Assembly: GCF_048593235.1 (NCBI RefSeq)
Contig: NC_133622.1
Location: forward strand, 76,012,001 to 76,076,000
Source: Sminthopsis crassicaudata
Taxonomy: Eukaryota
DNA: 64,000 bases
Direction: 5' to 3'
Each line of letters begins with the position of its first letter. Positions within the stretch are counted from its first letter, which is position 1. Under the pieces are notes generated by a model. That model saw nothing but the letters and a program-made list of their open reading frames with translations. It had not been told where the DNA came from and made no database searches. The position numbers and the translations under genes were made by a program. Below, piece by piece: positions 1-13,415 of the stretch.

Positions 1-559
1 AATTAGGATTGATTCTTTGGGTAAGATGAATCAGGGGTGGGAAAAGGAAAAGCTATGGGGACAACTTTATTTTTAAAAGATTAGAAATTTTGCCAAATTT
101 ATTTTGGAGGGTTTGGAAGAATTTCTAAAATAGTTTCAATATTCTTATTTAGCTAGATATGGCCTAATATTATTCATTCCCATTGGTCCACAAATAGCAT
201 TCTGAACATTTAAAAACAACTTGCAATAATTAGAGAATTTTAATTCGTAATCTCATTAATAGTCTCCTAGCCCTAAAGTCCAATTTCATATGAAATTTGT
301 CTTCTGGGTTGGGGCTCTCTTCTTGGTACTAATGAACCAAGGAAAATCTGAGTCTTGTAAAAGCCTAAAACCTCTTTTCAGTGTTGATTGCTCTTCCCTT
401 CAAACATTTGGCCATAAAGAAACCTTGAACAAGAGGATTGAATTCTGGTTCCTCTTCCAGATTCTCTCCTTAACAACCAAGGCCTGAATATCATTATTGG
501 GACCTGTTGCTAAAATTGCAGGCCTGTCTGGCTTTTGTTTGTAAGCATGCATTTTAATA

Positions 560-812
560 GGGCAGCTAGGTGGCACAGTGGATAGAGCATCTGTCTAGAA
601 GTCAGGAAGACTCATCCTCCTGAATTTAAATCTGATCTCTGACATTCACCATCTGTGTCACTCTAGGCCAGTCACTTTACCCTATTTGCCTCAGTTTCCT
701 CATCTATAAAAATGAGAAGGAAATGGCCAACCACTCCAGTATCTTTGCCAAGAAAACCCCAACTGGGACCATGATGAATCAGACACGTCCAAAAATCGAC
801 TACACAAAAAAA
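560..812 (+). mobile_element. MAR1-type marsupial CORE-SINE
   Basis: Head gggcagctaggtggcacagtggatagagc, core gcctcagtttcctcatctataaaa, tail aaggaaatggccaaccactccagtatctttgccaagaaaacccc. Confidence 0.85.
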
Positions 813-1059
813 CCAATATGTTTTAGGAGGCAAACTATAATAACCCTGACTGCCATCAGTGAAGAAGCTACATTTACGACATAGCTTTCTTTTAGAAACT
901 CACCAACTATGTTTAACACGAGGATGAAATAACATTAAGACAATCATTGGGATTGTGGGACCAAAGAGTCTGCAAACTACACACTCTCCTAATCCTTGCT
1001 AATTCTTTAAATGCACACACAAATCAAAGAAGCATTATATACCAAATAAAATACAATAC

Positions 1060-2352
1060 TGGGGAAGGATCCTAAGAAGTTGTTGGAGTAGGAGGTCAGT
1101 AAATTCCAAGTTCTCCAGATTTCTCCCACAGACAGAATAAATTTGCACCTAAAGGCACAGACTGATAAAAAATCAAGAAGACTTGGGGCAAAACAGGGGT
1201 CTTCCTGGCACAACCCAGGAGACCCAAAGAAAGATGGCAGGCCTGGAATTAAGCAGTATGAAGCGCTAGTCTCAGAAACTGGGGAACCCTCAGAGGAGCT
1301 GGATTTGGTTGGAGCCTTGGCAGGAGCCACAGAGACTTTCCCCACCAGGACAGTTTATGGAGTTGGGGTCTAGATCTGGGAAGACTGAGGGAATCTTGAC
1401 TAATCAGGAACACCAGGCCCAGCTGTGCTAGAGACCCGGCCCTGGGCGAGAAGAAATCAGTATATCCCTGAGCTTAGAAGCAGTGGAGTAGGGGGTACTG
1501 TCTGCAGGCACTTACAGGAAGGGAGACTCTTGGTTTGGGGTTCCATCCAGATCAAGGGAGCAAGCTGAAATGAAGCCAGAGCACCTCATGATTAGAAGTG
1601 CTTACACTAATACCTCTTATTTAAAAACAAAAAACAAACAAAAAAACCAGGAAAGATAGAACTCCATCAGAGAAACTATCTTAAGAGGAGAACACTGAAG
1701 TAAAAAAACAAAACAAAAGGAACAAAAAAACCAAACCGCTTCTACCTGAAAGTAATGTGAAATAGCTCCCTGCCCAGAGAGAATTTATAGAAGAACTCAA
1801 AAGAATTTAAAAATCAAATGAGAGACACTGAAGAAAAACTAAAAACAAAACAAAACAAAAAAAACCCAAAGCAAAACAAACTATCCAAGAAAAACAAGAA
1901 GATTCTGAAAAAGTTAACCAATTAGTAAAGGAGACAGAGAACCTTGAAGATGAAAATAACTCTTTGAAAATTAGAATTGAGCATGGGGAAGCCAGTGAAT
2001 CTATAGAAGATCAAGAAATAACAAAACAGAATAAAGAATGAAAAAAATAGAACAGAATTTGAAATATAAGAAAAACAACAGAGATGGAGAACAGCTCAAG
2101 AAGAGGAAGTACAAGAATAACTGGACTATCTGAAAGCTGTGAACTAAAAGGAACTTTGACACAATAATGCAAGGAATTATTCAAGAAATTTGTCCTGGAG
2201 TGATTGATAGATTGACGGGAAAGTAAAAATGAAAAAAAAATCCTAAAAATTACCACCTCAAAGAGATCCTTGGTGGAAAACATAGGAATATTATTGCCAA
2301 ATTCTTAAACCCTCAGATCAAAGAGAAAAATTTACAACAAAAAAAAATATAG
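1060..2352 (+). mobile_element. Decayed LINE-1 5'UTR plus truncated ORF1
   Basis: GC-richer 5'UTR-like segment followed by A-rich ORF1 remnants (gaaaataactctttgaaaattagaattgag; ctggactatctgaaagctgtga; aggaatattattgccaaattc) with many stops and frameshifts. Confidence 0.8.
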
Positions 2353-3019
2353 CATTGGAGCTAAATAATAGAGGACAAAAAAGAGAAAACCCCAACTATG
2401 TAAAATCCTTGTTAAGCAACAATGGAAAATAATTAATTCTTATAAGATTCATTCAGCACCCTTCACCATCTAGCCTTCACAGTCCTGCCAAAGTCACCTA
2501 AAAATACTGAAGTAGAGTGATACCTCCTGGAAGAAAAGCAAAAGGTAATTTTATCTCTCTCTCTTTTAAAAATGTGATCTTCTTATAGAACAATTTAAGG
2601 ATCTTGTGTTCCCTAGAAGAACATGACAAATGCAATGAAGCAAAGCAACTATTGAAAGAGTCTAGATAGCCTCCTAAATAAAAATCCTCCAAACCTCAAA
2701 ATATGTTAGTTAAATTTAACAATTCTAATAATAGGTTAAATTCTGCAAGTGACCAAGAGAAATATTTTCACATATTGGAAAAGGAAATCTGAATAACACT
2801 ATTTCATATGTACTAGATACTACAGAAGAGAATGAGAATTTGAAAAAGCAAAGCAGTTCAAGATGCAACTTAAAATGAGACATTTGGAGTCCCTCCCTCC
2901 CTAAGAATGTTCTTGTTAACAAACATTGGCACAAAATGGGAAAAATAGGCTTAATTTCAAGGAAATAATGAAATATATTACCCTGTGTTTATTGGTCATT
3001 AAAAAAAAAAAAAAACAGG

Positions 3020-6000
3020 TGGGGGAAATCAAGATGGAGAAGTAAAAAGTCATAACTTTGAAACCTTCACAAAATTCCTATATATTTGTGGGATTCAGCT
3101 AACAGAGTCCTTAGGGAAAAATTTTGTATTTCTGAATGCTTACCTTAAATAAATGATAAACAAACTGACAGTTAAAGAAATCACGGGACTATAAAAATTA
3201 GGAGTTAGTTTCGTGGAAAAAAAGACCAAACAAATGGCTAATTTGATTAAAAAGAAAACACCAAACAAAGGCTACAAATCACAAGACAATTATATCCCAA
3301 TCTCAGGGATATTTAGGAAGACAGAAGTTTGAGGATATTGATGTGGGAGCTAGCTAGAGAGGCACATTGTAAGAACCTACTCCCTTCTTAACATGCCAAC
3401 ATTTGTGGGATTGAGTCAACAGTCCTTAATGAGAAATTTTTTTTTTTAATCTCTGAATAATTACCTTAAAGGAGAGATTAACAAATTGAAAATTAAAAAA
3501 AAATCATTGAACTAACTAATAACATTAGGAACTGGTTTCGTGGGAAAAACCTCAGATAAACAGTTGGTTAATTTGATTAAAAAGAAAGAAGAAAAATCAT
3601 TAACTATTTCATTTTTTTACACTGGTAATTAACAAATGAAGTTGAAATTAAAACAACTCTTAGGAACTATTTTTGTTCAATTTTATGCCAAGAAAATTAA
3701 CAATCTAAATAACATGGATGAATATATTCACAAAAAATATATTGAGATTAGCAGATAAGATTATTTAAATAATCTTATCTTAGAAAAAGAAATTGAATAG
3801 GGTACAAATGAGCTCCCTAAGGGGGGAAAAACTCTAAAAAGCAATTAATTCAAACACTATATAAACTATTTGAAAAAATAGACAAAGAAGGAGCCCTAGA
3901 AAATTCCTTCTGAGACACAAATATAGTTTTGATACATAAATCGAGGAGAGCAGAAACGGAGGAAAAAACTATATATCAACTTCTCTACTGAACAATGATG
4001 TAAAAATTGTAAATTAAATATTAGCAAGGAAATTATAGCAATTTATTACAAATATCATGCACCAGGACCTGCTTGAATTTATACCAAGAATGAAAAGTTG
4101 GTCCAATATTAAGAAAACTGTAAGCATGATATCAATAATAAAACAATAAAAAAAAAATCATGATCATCAACCGATGCAGAAAAGGCTTTTGACAAAATAC
4201 ACTGCCCATTAAAAACATAGAAATAAATGTATCTTTTAAAATTATAAATACTATAGTCTAAAACCAGAGAAAACATCTAGGATGAAGATAAATTAGAAAC
4301 TTTTCCAATAAGATCAGGGGCAAAAGAAGTATATATATTATCACTATTACTATGGAATATTGTACTAGAAATAGGGCAAAAACCAAAAAAGATCAATGGA
4401 ATGAACATAGAGGAAAAAAAAACTCACTTTTTTGCTGATAATATAATTGTTTACTTAGAAAATCAATTGAAAAGTTAGTTGAAACAATGAAAAATTTTAG
4501 GAACTTTTCAGGATGCAAAATAAACCTAAATAAAGCATCGGCATTTCTGCATATTACCAACAAAACCCGGAAGGAAGGGATAAATTTAAAATAACTGTAG
4601 ACATTATAAAATACTTGAGCCTCTCTCTCACAAGACACATAGGGAAACTATATAAATACAATTACAAAACACTCTTCACATAAATAAAGACAAATATTTA
4701 TAGCTGAAGAAATGTTAATTGTTCATGGCTTGGTTGAACCAATGTCATAAAAATGACAGTATTAACTAAATCAAATCACTTATTGTGTGCCACACTAATA
4801 CAAATACTAAAGAATAATTTTGTAGACAGAATGAAAAAATAAAAAAATAGCAATTCACCTGAAGGAACAAAAGGCCAAAAAATATGAAGATAATTTTTAA
4901 AAAATGGGTACATGATTTAGACATTAGGGTGATAGAAGAAAATTAGAGGAGCACGGAAAAATTATTTGTCACTATAGGAAGAAGTTATGACCCAACATAT
5001 TTTTGATTTTGCAGCCAAAATTAAAAAGAAGGTAGGAAACTGAGGAAATTTTTTATAACAAGTTTCTCTGATAAAAGGCCTCCTTTCTCAAATATTTAGA
5101 ACTATGCAAAAGAGCCATTTTCCAAATGAGAAATATCAAATATAATGAATAGGTTGTTTTCCATATGAAACTATGCTGTAAATAATTCATAATTAGAGAA
5201 ATACAAATTAAAACAACTGTAAAGTACCACCTTACACCCATCAGCAGATTGGCTAGCATGACGAAAAATGACAAATGCTAAAGATATGGAAAAATATGTA
5301 AACCCACGCAGTGTTAGTGGAGATGTGAACTGATCTAACCATTCTATCTGGAAATATGACCAAAGAACTGTAAAATTGTATAACCTTTGACTCAGCAATA
5401 CCACCAAAGAAATAAAAAAAGGAAAAAGACCTATGTTTATAAAAATATTTATAGCAGCTCTGTGTGAATGTGTTGGAAAAGACTTGGCAACTGTGGAAAT
5501 GGCCTGGGGAATGGATAAACAAATTATGGATATTGTTGTGATGCAATGCTATTGTCCTATAAGAAATGATGAAGAGGGTGGTTTCAGAAAAACCCTTGGA
5601 AGATTTAAAAGAGATGATATAAAATGAAGTAGGTAGAACAAGGAGAACATTTTGTCTAGTTAGAGAAATATAATCAGAATTGTGAAATTCTTATTACTTC
5701 TAACTGATCAATGCAGTGACCCAAGACATTCCCAAAAGACTCAAGATAAAAAATGCTATCCACTTCCAATAGAGAGTTTATGTTGATGAACTCTGAGTGG
5801 AAACTGAGGCAATTTTTTTTTCTTTCTTCATTTTGTTTGCTTCCCCGTTCTTTTTTTTTTTTCCTCCTTTTTTTCTTTTTGCAACGACACCAATGTGGGC
5901 AAGTTGTCTATGACTTTATATGTAAAATAAGTATCACATTTCTTACTTCTCAATGAATGTGAGGGAAGAGAATTTGGAACTGAAAATTTAAAAAAGCAAA
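3020..6000 (+). mobile_element. Decayed, internally deleted LINE-1 ORF2 plus 3'UTR
   Basis: RT motifs DAEKAFDKI at 4173-4199 and FADNIIVYLEN (degenerate FADD) at 4431-4463. C-terminal remnants (gaaatacaaattaaaacaac; cagattggctag) and a marsupial L1 3'UTR follow. No intact ORF. Confidence 0.88.
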
Positions 6001-6679
6001 GGAAAAACCCAACCCTGATATATAGAGTAAATAAAATATTAATAAAAGGATCATTTAGAGAAAAAAAAAACCTGCCCTCTCACACAAGGAAAGAAATTAA
6101 AGAAATAGAAATTGAGAGGAGCATAAATGAAGTATCACACACTAATTTCCATAATGGCCCCAAAGATGGATAAATGTACTTTCTGAGTTAAAACTGTATT
6201 CTAGAGATGCAAGTGATTTCTGAATCCTTTTAAGTCCATGGATAAGAAGAATAATCAGAAGAATAAAAGGGATAAAAACAGGTTTTGTGATCTGGTGCAC
6301 AGTAATTCCAACCTTGAGGCATTCGTTGCTTCTATCAACATTATTTCCCTCAAGAATTGTTACTGTTAAGAATGGTGCAAAACATTAAAAAAGGGATGAA
6401 AGCTCTCCAAAGGAAATTATTTAGAAATTAGAAGTCAACTTATACATGGTACTTCAGAAGCATTCACTCAGAGGAAAACAAAAGAGAATAAAAAAGGAAC
6501 AAATAAAGGAACAGATAAACAGATACAAATTAGAACAAAATTTCAGAATTTCAAAATGGAAGAGAATTGATGAAGAGAAGAAAACAAAGTAAAATTTTAA
6601 AATAAAAAGCTGCAGGAAATCTATATCCAAAAGTTGGTGAAACAGATATGTTCTTTGGCCCAGTAATAATATTAGTAAG

Positions 6680-6960
6680 TTCATACCCCAACGAGATCAA
6701 AGAAAGATTTAAAGGACCTATATGCGCACCAAAAATTTATAGCAGTATATATATATTTTTTAAAGCAAAGAACTGGAAATTGATGGGGATATCCATCAAT
6801 TTGGGGAATGGCTAAATAAATTACAATAAAAGAAGGTAATAGAATATATTGGGCTTTATGAACTTATAAAAGGGTTGGATTCAGGAGAAACCAAGAAAAA
6901 ATAGGAAATGATTCTAAGTGAAATGAACAAAACCAGAAGGACACTTATACAAAAGACATA
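6680..6960 (+). mobile_element. LINE-1 ORF2 3'-end fragment
   Basis: gcaaagaactggaaattgatggggatatccatcaatttggggaatggctaaataaatt and ctaagtgaaatgaacaaaaccagaagg resemble the L1 3' region. Confidence 0.7.
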
Positions 6961-7019
6961 TCACTGTAAAAACAAACAAACAACAAAAACCAAAAACATT
7001 AGGGAAAAGGGGATTCCGA

Positions 7020-10000
7020 GACAAAAGAGGTTTGTGATTTTATATGTGATTTTTTTAATAAGGGAAAGGGTCACATTTTGGTCAAGTTCAGAGCCAAAAA
7101 ACCAAAAATTATTTCTAATAGACAAAGAAAACTAACAAATATAAGAAATTGGAGAGGAGGAAAAGAGGGAATATTTTGAACTAACCATTTAACTGAGAGG
7201 GGGGGAATAAATAAATAAATAAACAAATAAATTAAATAAATAAAAAAAAGAGAAAAATAAATCACTAATTTAAACAATGATCTACAACTAAGAAAAGGAT
7301 TGACAAATGAGAGTGAGGCGTAAGAGAAAAGAGAGACTGTGGGAATGGGTTGTATCAAAGTAGTTTAAACAAAATATCATTAAAAGGATCAAATGAATAA
7401 ACTGATACAAAATATTTTCTTCCTACTATCTCTTATTTTCTTTTACTTAAAGATTTTTTTAAAAGTATATGTCAATTGATTTAACTTATTCCTTCAAGGT
7501 ATTCTTAAATTCTGGTACTTTTAACATTAAAAGAGGAAGGAAATTAAAAGAAACACTAAACTAAACTAAAAAAAGAACACTAGAGATACAGATGGAAAAA
7601 CAAATCTAACTGTTATAATTGTAAATGTGAATGGAGTAAAACAGAAAAGAATCTAAAAGCCCAAAGTCATTTATTTACCAAAAGACATCTTAAAAGCAGA
7701 CTCTAAATGGACAAAAAAAGACTCAATTGATTCAAAATGACAGCATAGAACTAAATTTACTATGTATCACAATAAAAAAAATAATGACAACGATATTAAA
7801 AGAAACTAAAAAGCACAGTATCAAGAGATAAACAAGGAAATTAGATTAAGCTTAAAAACCAAAGAACAGATATGAAAAATATATGGCGTAACATCTAAAT
7901 TTATAAGGGAAAATTTAACAGGCATTAAAGTTAAAAAGATATGTGGTAACACAGACAATAACTCAGTATTCTCAGAAATGGGCAAATCTAACAGAAATAT
8001 ACAGAAAGAAAATACAGAACTGAATAAACCTGGAAAATTTAGAATTATAATTTATGACAGTTTCTGAATGGGACCGTTAGACAATATCTTTATTTCTAGG
8101 CTTCATTTAGCACTTTCACAAAAAGAGATCACATTTTATGCTACAGAGAATTTGCAGATAAATTTGAAGAAATACTGAACATCTTTTACAGATCATAACA
8201 CAACAAAATTAGTAATCAATACTGGGCATACAAGAAAAGAAATACATATAAAAGGGGACTTTCAAATGAATTCCTAAACAATCACAGAAATAACTGCTAG
8301 TATGTGAAAGACAATGAAGTCATGGTCAGAGTTGTTGAAAAATACATAAAATAGCCAAGATTTAATCCACAAAAGCTCATTCCATTGTCTGCCTAGGTAC
8401 ACAATGCTTCTTAAAGAAATAAGGGGGAAAAGTTAAGTAATTACAGAAAAATTCAGAGCTGGACTATGCCAATATCATAAAAATAGCAACATAACTACTG
8501 AAATTAGTGCACAGCTTTAATGTTATATATTGGTCAAACTATTGAAGTGATAACTTTACAGAATTAAGCAAAACAAAAGAAAATTCATTTAGAAGGACAG
8601 AAGTTCTAGAAATCAATGTAAATAATGAAAAATATGTTAATGAAGTAGAAATAGTACAGCTAGAACACAAACTGTAATAATATAATAATGCAATTATAAT
8701 GATAAATAGTCATCACCCAATCCATCTGTTACTGGATTAAAAAAATAAAAAAGTATATCAGTAGAAAAGAATATACAAGGAAGAATCAGAAATAACTGAA
8801 CTCTATAACCCAATATATGTATATGTATGTACATATATATATATATGTATTTACAGCTATATTAAGAATGTATTCTTAAATAATAGAGAGAGGTGATTAT
8901 ACAAGTTAAGAAAGAATTGTGATTAAATGCAACTGAATAAAATCAATGCAACTAAGATAAGAAAGAAATTGTCAAATGAGGGGAAAACCTTTGCTTTTTG
9001 ATAATGGCTTATGGTATATAGAGAAAGAAGAGAAAGATGACCAACATTTTCCCCACAGATAAACAATGAAAAGATATAAAACAACCAGTTCTCAAAATAA
9101 TTTTAAAACATTAGCAGCTTTGTGAAAATATTTTCCAATTCACTCACAGCACAAGAAATACAAATCAAAACATCCCTAAAGTTTTGACCTCATACTTAGC
9201 AAATTGTCAAGGATGATAAAAAAAGGGGCCACAGTAATATTGGAAGAGTTATAGAAAGAATTCACACTAATGCAATGTTGGTGGAGATTCAAATTGGTTC
9301 AAGCATTCTGAAAAACAATTGGGAATTATGTGAAATGAATGCATAAAATTTATCTACCTTTTAATTAGCGACCCCTCTGCTAAGTTCCCTACATACTAAA
9401 ATACTTATAACAGCATTTGGGTGGTGGTGGGGGTGTGGTAGCAGCAAAGAACTGGAAAGAAAGTAGATAAATTTTAATAGGAAAGACAACATGTGTGAAT
9501 ATTGGTGTGTATACATACAACATATTTATACTATTAATATATATTATTAGGTATATACATATAAAATTAAAATAATAAATAAATAAATAATTAAAATAAA
9601 AGTGACATACAAGACAAATAAAAGGTAACCTTAGAGAAGAAGGAACTATAGTTTGGAAAGTAGGAAAACTTTCTTGCAGAACCAGGAAAACAACATATAT
9701 ACACATGTGCGTATATACACACATACACAATATACCATGTGTATGCATGGCTATATGTATACACACTATATGTACGTGTGTATACATATATGTACACATA
9801 CACACATTTTATACATACACACATACACATGCCACAACAATGTAGATGGGAAAAAAAACCCAACAAATCAATTAAAAATAATCCCAAAGAAGTGATTTGA
9901 AAACTCACCTGTAGTGCTCCTAGGACCTATTACTGTTTTGGTTATTAACATATTATCAAAGTGAAAACACACTTACTTACTTCAATGAATAAACTGTATA

Positions 10001-10160
10001 AGTGGAAAGCTAAAAATACCATCAAATACAGTTACACTTTTGGATCAGTTTACTGAACTGTTCTTTTGAAATAATTCTTTTTAGGGAAACTTACTGAAGT
10101 ATTTGTTGGGAAATAACCATTGTGTCAAAGCAAAATATACAAATAGAGATTTTAAAACCT
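7020..10160 (+). mobile_element. Older, heavily decayed LINE-1 interrupted by simple repeats
   Basis: Endonuclease-start remnant ataattgtaaatgtgaatgga (~7615); C-terminal remnants gaaatacaaatcaaaaca (~9157) and acactaatgcaatgttggtggag (~9263). Confidence 0.6.
9695..9835. repeat. (TA/CA/TG) low-complexity alternating purine-pyrimidine tract
   Basis: catatatacacatgtgcgtatatacacacatacac...; source of spurious ORFs 9389-9805, 9591-9908 and 9653-9895. Confidence 0.85.
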
Positions 10161-10499
10161 AAAACAAAATAACACTTACTTTTCCTTAATTTGATAGACT
10201 GCCTTCTTATGGTAGGAGGCTCACATATTTAATCAATTAAAGGTCATGTGAGTTGACATAATGAAGTTTGCTCACAAGTTTTTGCCAATTATTTCTCAAA
10301 ATTACATGAGTTCTCAAATAGAATAGTTCCTCTTCAAATCTAGTCTAGATTATGACAGGCATCAGGAATGGCACAAACTTCCAGTATACGGAGTAGCAAG
10401 AGCATGCCTAATAAATGGGATATTTTCACTGCTGCTTTTAAGAAAGATCCGAAAATGATAGGATTTGCCAACTAATTAGATGGAGAAGAGGAGAGTCAC

Positions 10500-11800
10500 A
10501 GAGGATCCCTGGCTTGGGATATGGTAATACTATCCACAGAAATAGAAAAGTTGTGTTATTGGTGTTAAGTTGATGAATTCAGTTTTCAATTTAGTTTAGG
10601 TGCTGAAAGGATATCCATAACAATTGGAAATGCAAGACTGAAACTCAGGGGCAAAAAGGAGAGCATTTTGGAATCAATTGACATCAAATAGAATGTAAGC
10701 CCCCTTGGAGACAAAAGACTATTTGATCTTTGTATTCTCAATGCTTAGCACAGGGACCAACATATCACTGATGCTTAATAAATGTTTATAGATGGACTGA
10801 TCTGACAAGTTAAACCATGGGGATGGATGAGATAAGCAAGGAAGAAGGAATATGTTGAAAAGGGGAAGCCAAGTCTCAGGGAACAGCTATTTGATGCTAG
10901 GCTACAAGACAACAAAACCAGGACAAACAAGAACAACAATTCGCTCTCAGGGAGTATTCTAATAGGAAAGAAAAGATGTATGAATATTAATGTGTATATA
11001 TATGCAATATATGATATATATGCAGAATATTATATAGATAACATGTAATACATAACACATAATAATATAATAACAAATATAAAAGATATATACAAGATAA
11101 AAATCAGGCGACCTTAGAGAATGCACTGTAGTTTGAGAACTAGGAAAGCCTTCTTGCAGAAGATGGCATATAAGCTGTTGTAAGGGAAACCAGGGAGTTC
11201 TTGAAGTAGGGTTAAGGAGAGAGAGCATATTCTAGTCGAAAGGACATCTAATGAAAAGCAGGGGGATGGTGCATGCTATGTAAAGAACAACAGGACTAGT
11301 ATGGATGAATCATTGAGTGGACGGAAGCCGTTCCCTTCTCTACATCACAAAGCCATCATCTTAGTTCAGACTAGCCTCCTTACTAAATTTCCTGTCTTCA
11401 GTTTCTTTTTCTCCACTCTATCAGCTCTCAAAATAATCATCTTGAAAAAAATGTGTATATGTGGATCACTATGGCCAACATTAATAATTTATACTGAATG
11501 CTCAGATCAATTGCTTAATTTTCAAGAAGAACAGAAAGGAAATGAGTGATCAGGTTACAAGTAGCTTTAAATAACTGCCAGAAAAGTTTGTGTTTGATTC
11601 TAGAGTTAATTGTGAGGTCATAGAGTTTACTAAGTAAACTCACTTGGGCAGCTGTGTGAAAGATGGATTAGGAGTGGTGAGCCTACTGAAATGGTTCAAG
11701 TGATGAGGATCAATAGTAGGGTGCTGGTTATGTAAGTAGAGAGGAAGGAAAGCATATGAGAGATGTTAGGGCCATAGAAAAGACAAGATTAATGTCCGTT
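10500..11800 (-). mobile_element. LINE-2 3' fragments (includes a short plus-strand L2 tail at ~10690-10790)
   Basis: gatgaattcagttttc, ggaaatgcaagactgaaactcagggg, gcagctgtgtgaaagatggattagg; plus-strand tail gaatgtaagcccc...tgcttaataaatgttt. Confidence 0.55.
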
Positions 11801-12970
11801 TACTCTGTTGGATTTATTTATGAATCTGATTTCTTACTCAGGCAAATCTCTTAAGAAAATTTAATTGATATAAATCAATTACTTCAAGGAAGAAGCCAGC
11901 CAGGCAGGAAATTCCTGACCTCTTTGCCAAATACATGGCAACCAAGGACAACACTGGTTTAGGATATGTTGTTTGTAAAATCTTGCAAAGATTTTGATGA
12001 TAAAAGATTATAAGCAGTCTTGATCTCCTAAAGAAGAAAGAAGCACTAGAAGGGGACATCTTTACAGCTTAATTAAATACTCCAGGAAATTCGATCATCC
12101 TGAATAAATTTAAGGATGAAATTTAAAGGACAACAAATAGATGAAAAGCAGTAAAATATGTGAAGATTTCTACTACAAAATCTTATCTACATCAGGAAAC
12201 TATCACATTTGGACTTGAATACAACCTCTCCAAAATGCTGCATGAGAAAATATAAATGGCACTTAAGAAAATGAAAATGGGAAAAGAATAAATCAAGTAC
12301 CCAAAAAGAAAGGTGTGAGCTGGAGGGGAGACAACTATGTCATGGAGACAATTGTCTCAACATATCTAAAAGAGGGCAGGTTTATCAAAGGCTGCAAAAA
12401 CAAAAAACTATCAAAATTTATTAATACCTCCAAATAAGCAAGATAATGTAATGACCAACTCATGTGCCTATTTTGTAAAATTTCTCTGTATAATTGATCT
12501 ATTTTCCATGACAATGCTATCCTTCATGAGAAGGGACAAGCATGCTTTCACAAAATACCTCCTATAACAAACAATTTTACTCTCACAACTGATGGAAAGA
12601 TTCAGAGAATATAAGATCCCATTACACTTATTGACTACATAAAAAGCAGCTGCATTCTACAGCAAATTGTGCCTTTAGAAGTTTTCCTCCAACAAAGCAT
12701 TCCTATGAACGTGTCAAAAATCACACCATATACTCTAAATGATATAACCATAGAAATTGTCTGACAACCCTCTAATCATTCATTTTAATAGAAGTATAAA
12801 ATAATTCTGAGACACATTCTCACAAAAAGTGTCTGCCTGTGTTGTGGGGAATGTCAGTCAATAAACAATGACTAAACACTTAGAAAGTCCACTCCCATAA
12901 TGTTGGGTGGACCTTTCTTGAAGAAGTCATGGGAGAAATGAACAAAGTTGCATGGCTTGATAAGGAACCC
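11800..12970 (+). mobile_element. Decayed marsupial RTE-clade LINE fragment
   Basis: gtttgtaaaatcttgcaaag; aaatggcacttaagaaaatgaaaatgggaaaag; gagaatataagatccca; 3' remnant tgttgggtggacc at ~12901. Confidence 0.7.
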
Positions 12971-13169
12971 TCACTGATCATATCACAGTCCTGAGAAACT
13001 ATGTACAAAAGTCCTGAATTGGATGCAATTCATACAAAGAAAAGTATGAATGTATCTATCCTCTGGAAGCTTATATTTCTACTGGGGAGTCAACAGTATC
13101 AAATTCATCAGAAAGTGTAAGAAAATGAAGAGTCCCTAAGTTTTTAATGCACCAGATGCTCATTTGATG

Positions 13170-13415
13170 AAATATGGGGTTTGGTCTTGAACCTATGATT
13201 TCATTGACATAGGGAGTTTCCAGGGAGGAAACTTCCTTTGTTAATGCAAGTTAGCACTCCTTTCTAACTTACGACTCAGGAGAGTTGTCTAGAACACTGA
13301 ATGGTTAAGTGACTCGGCCTAGGTCACCCAGCCACTGAATCTCAGAGGCAAAACTTGAACCTAGGTCTTCATGATTTTAAAACCAGCTCTATCAGTATGA
13401 CATCATGCTGCTTCT
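13170..13415 (-). mobile_element. Marsupial CORE-SINE (MIR/Mar-type)
   Basis: ggttaagtgactcggcctaggtcacccagcc...aacttgaacctaggtcttc, with a tail containing gggaggaaacttcc. Confidence 0.65.

Noticed and set aside
560-640. tRNA-like A/B box sequences
   Set aside because: They are tRNA-derived SINE heads, not tRNA genes; the same applies to the other SINE copies.
1007-1373. Overlapping ORFs in the L1 5'UTR (an ORF0-like antisense 112-aa ORF and a 76-aa sense ORF)
   Set aside because: The antisense ORF starts at GTG, there is no recognisable homology, and the host L1 is decayed.
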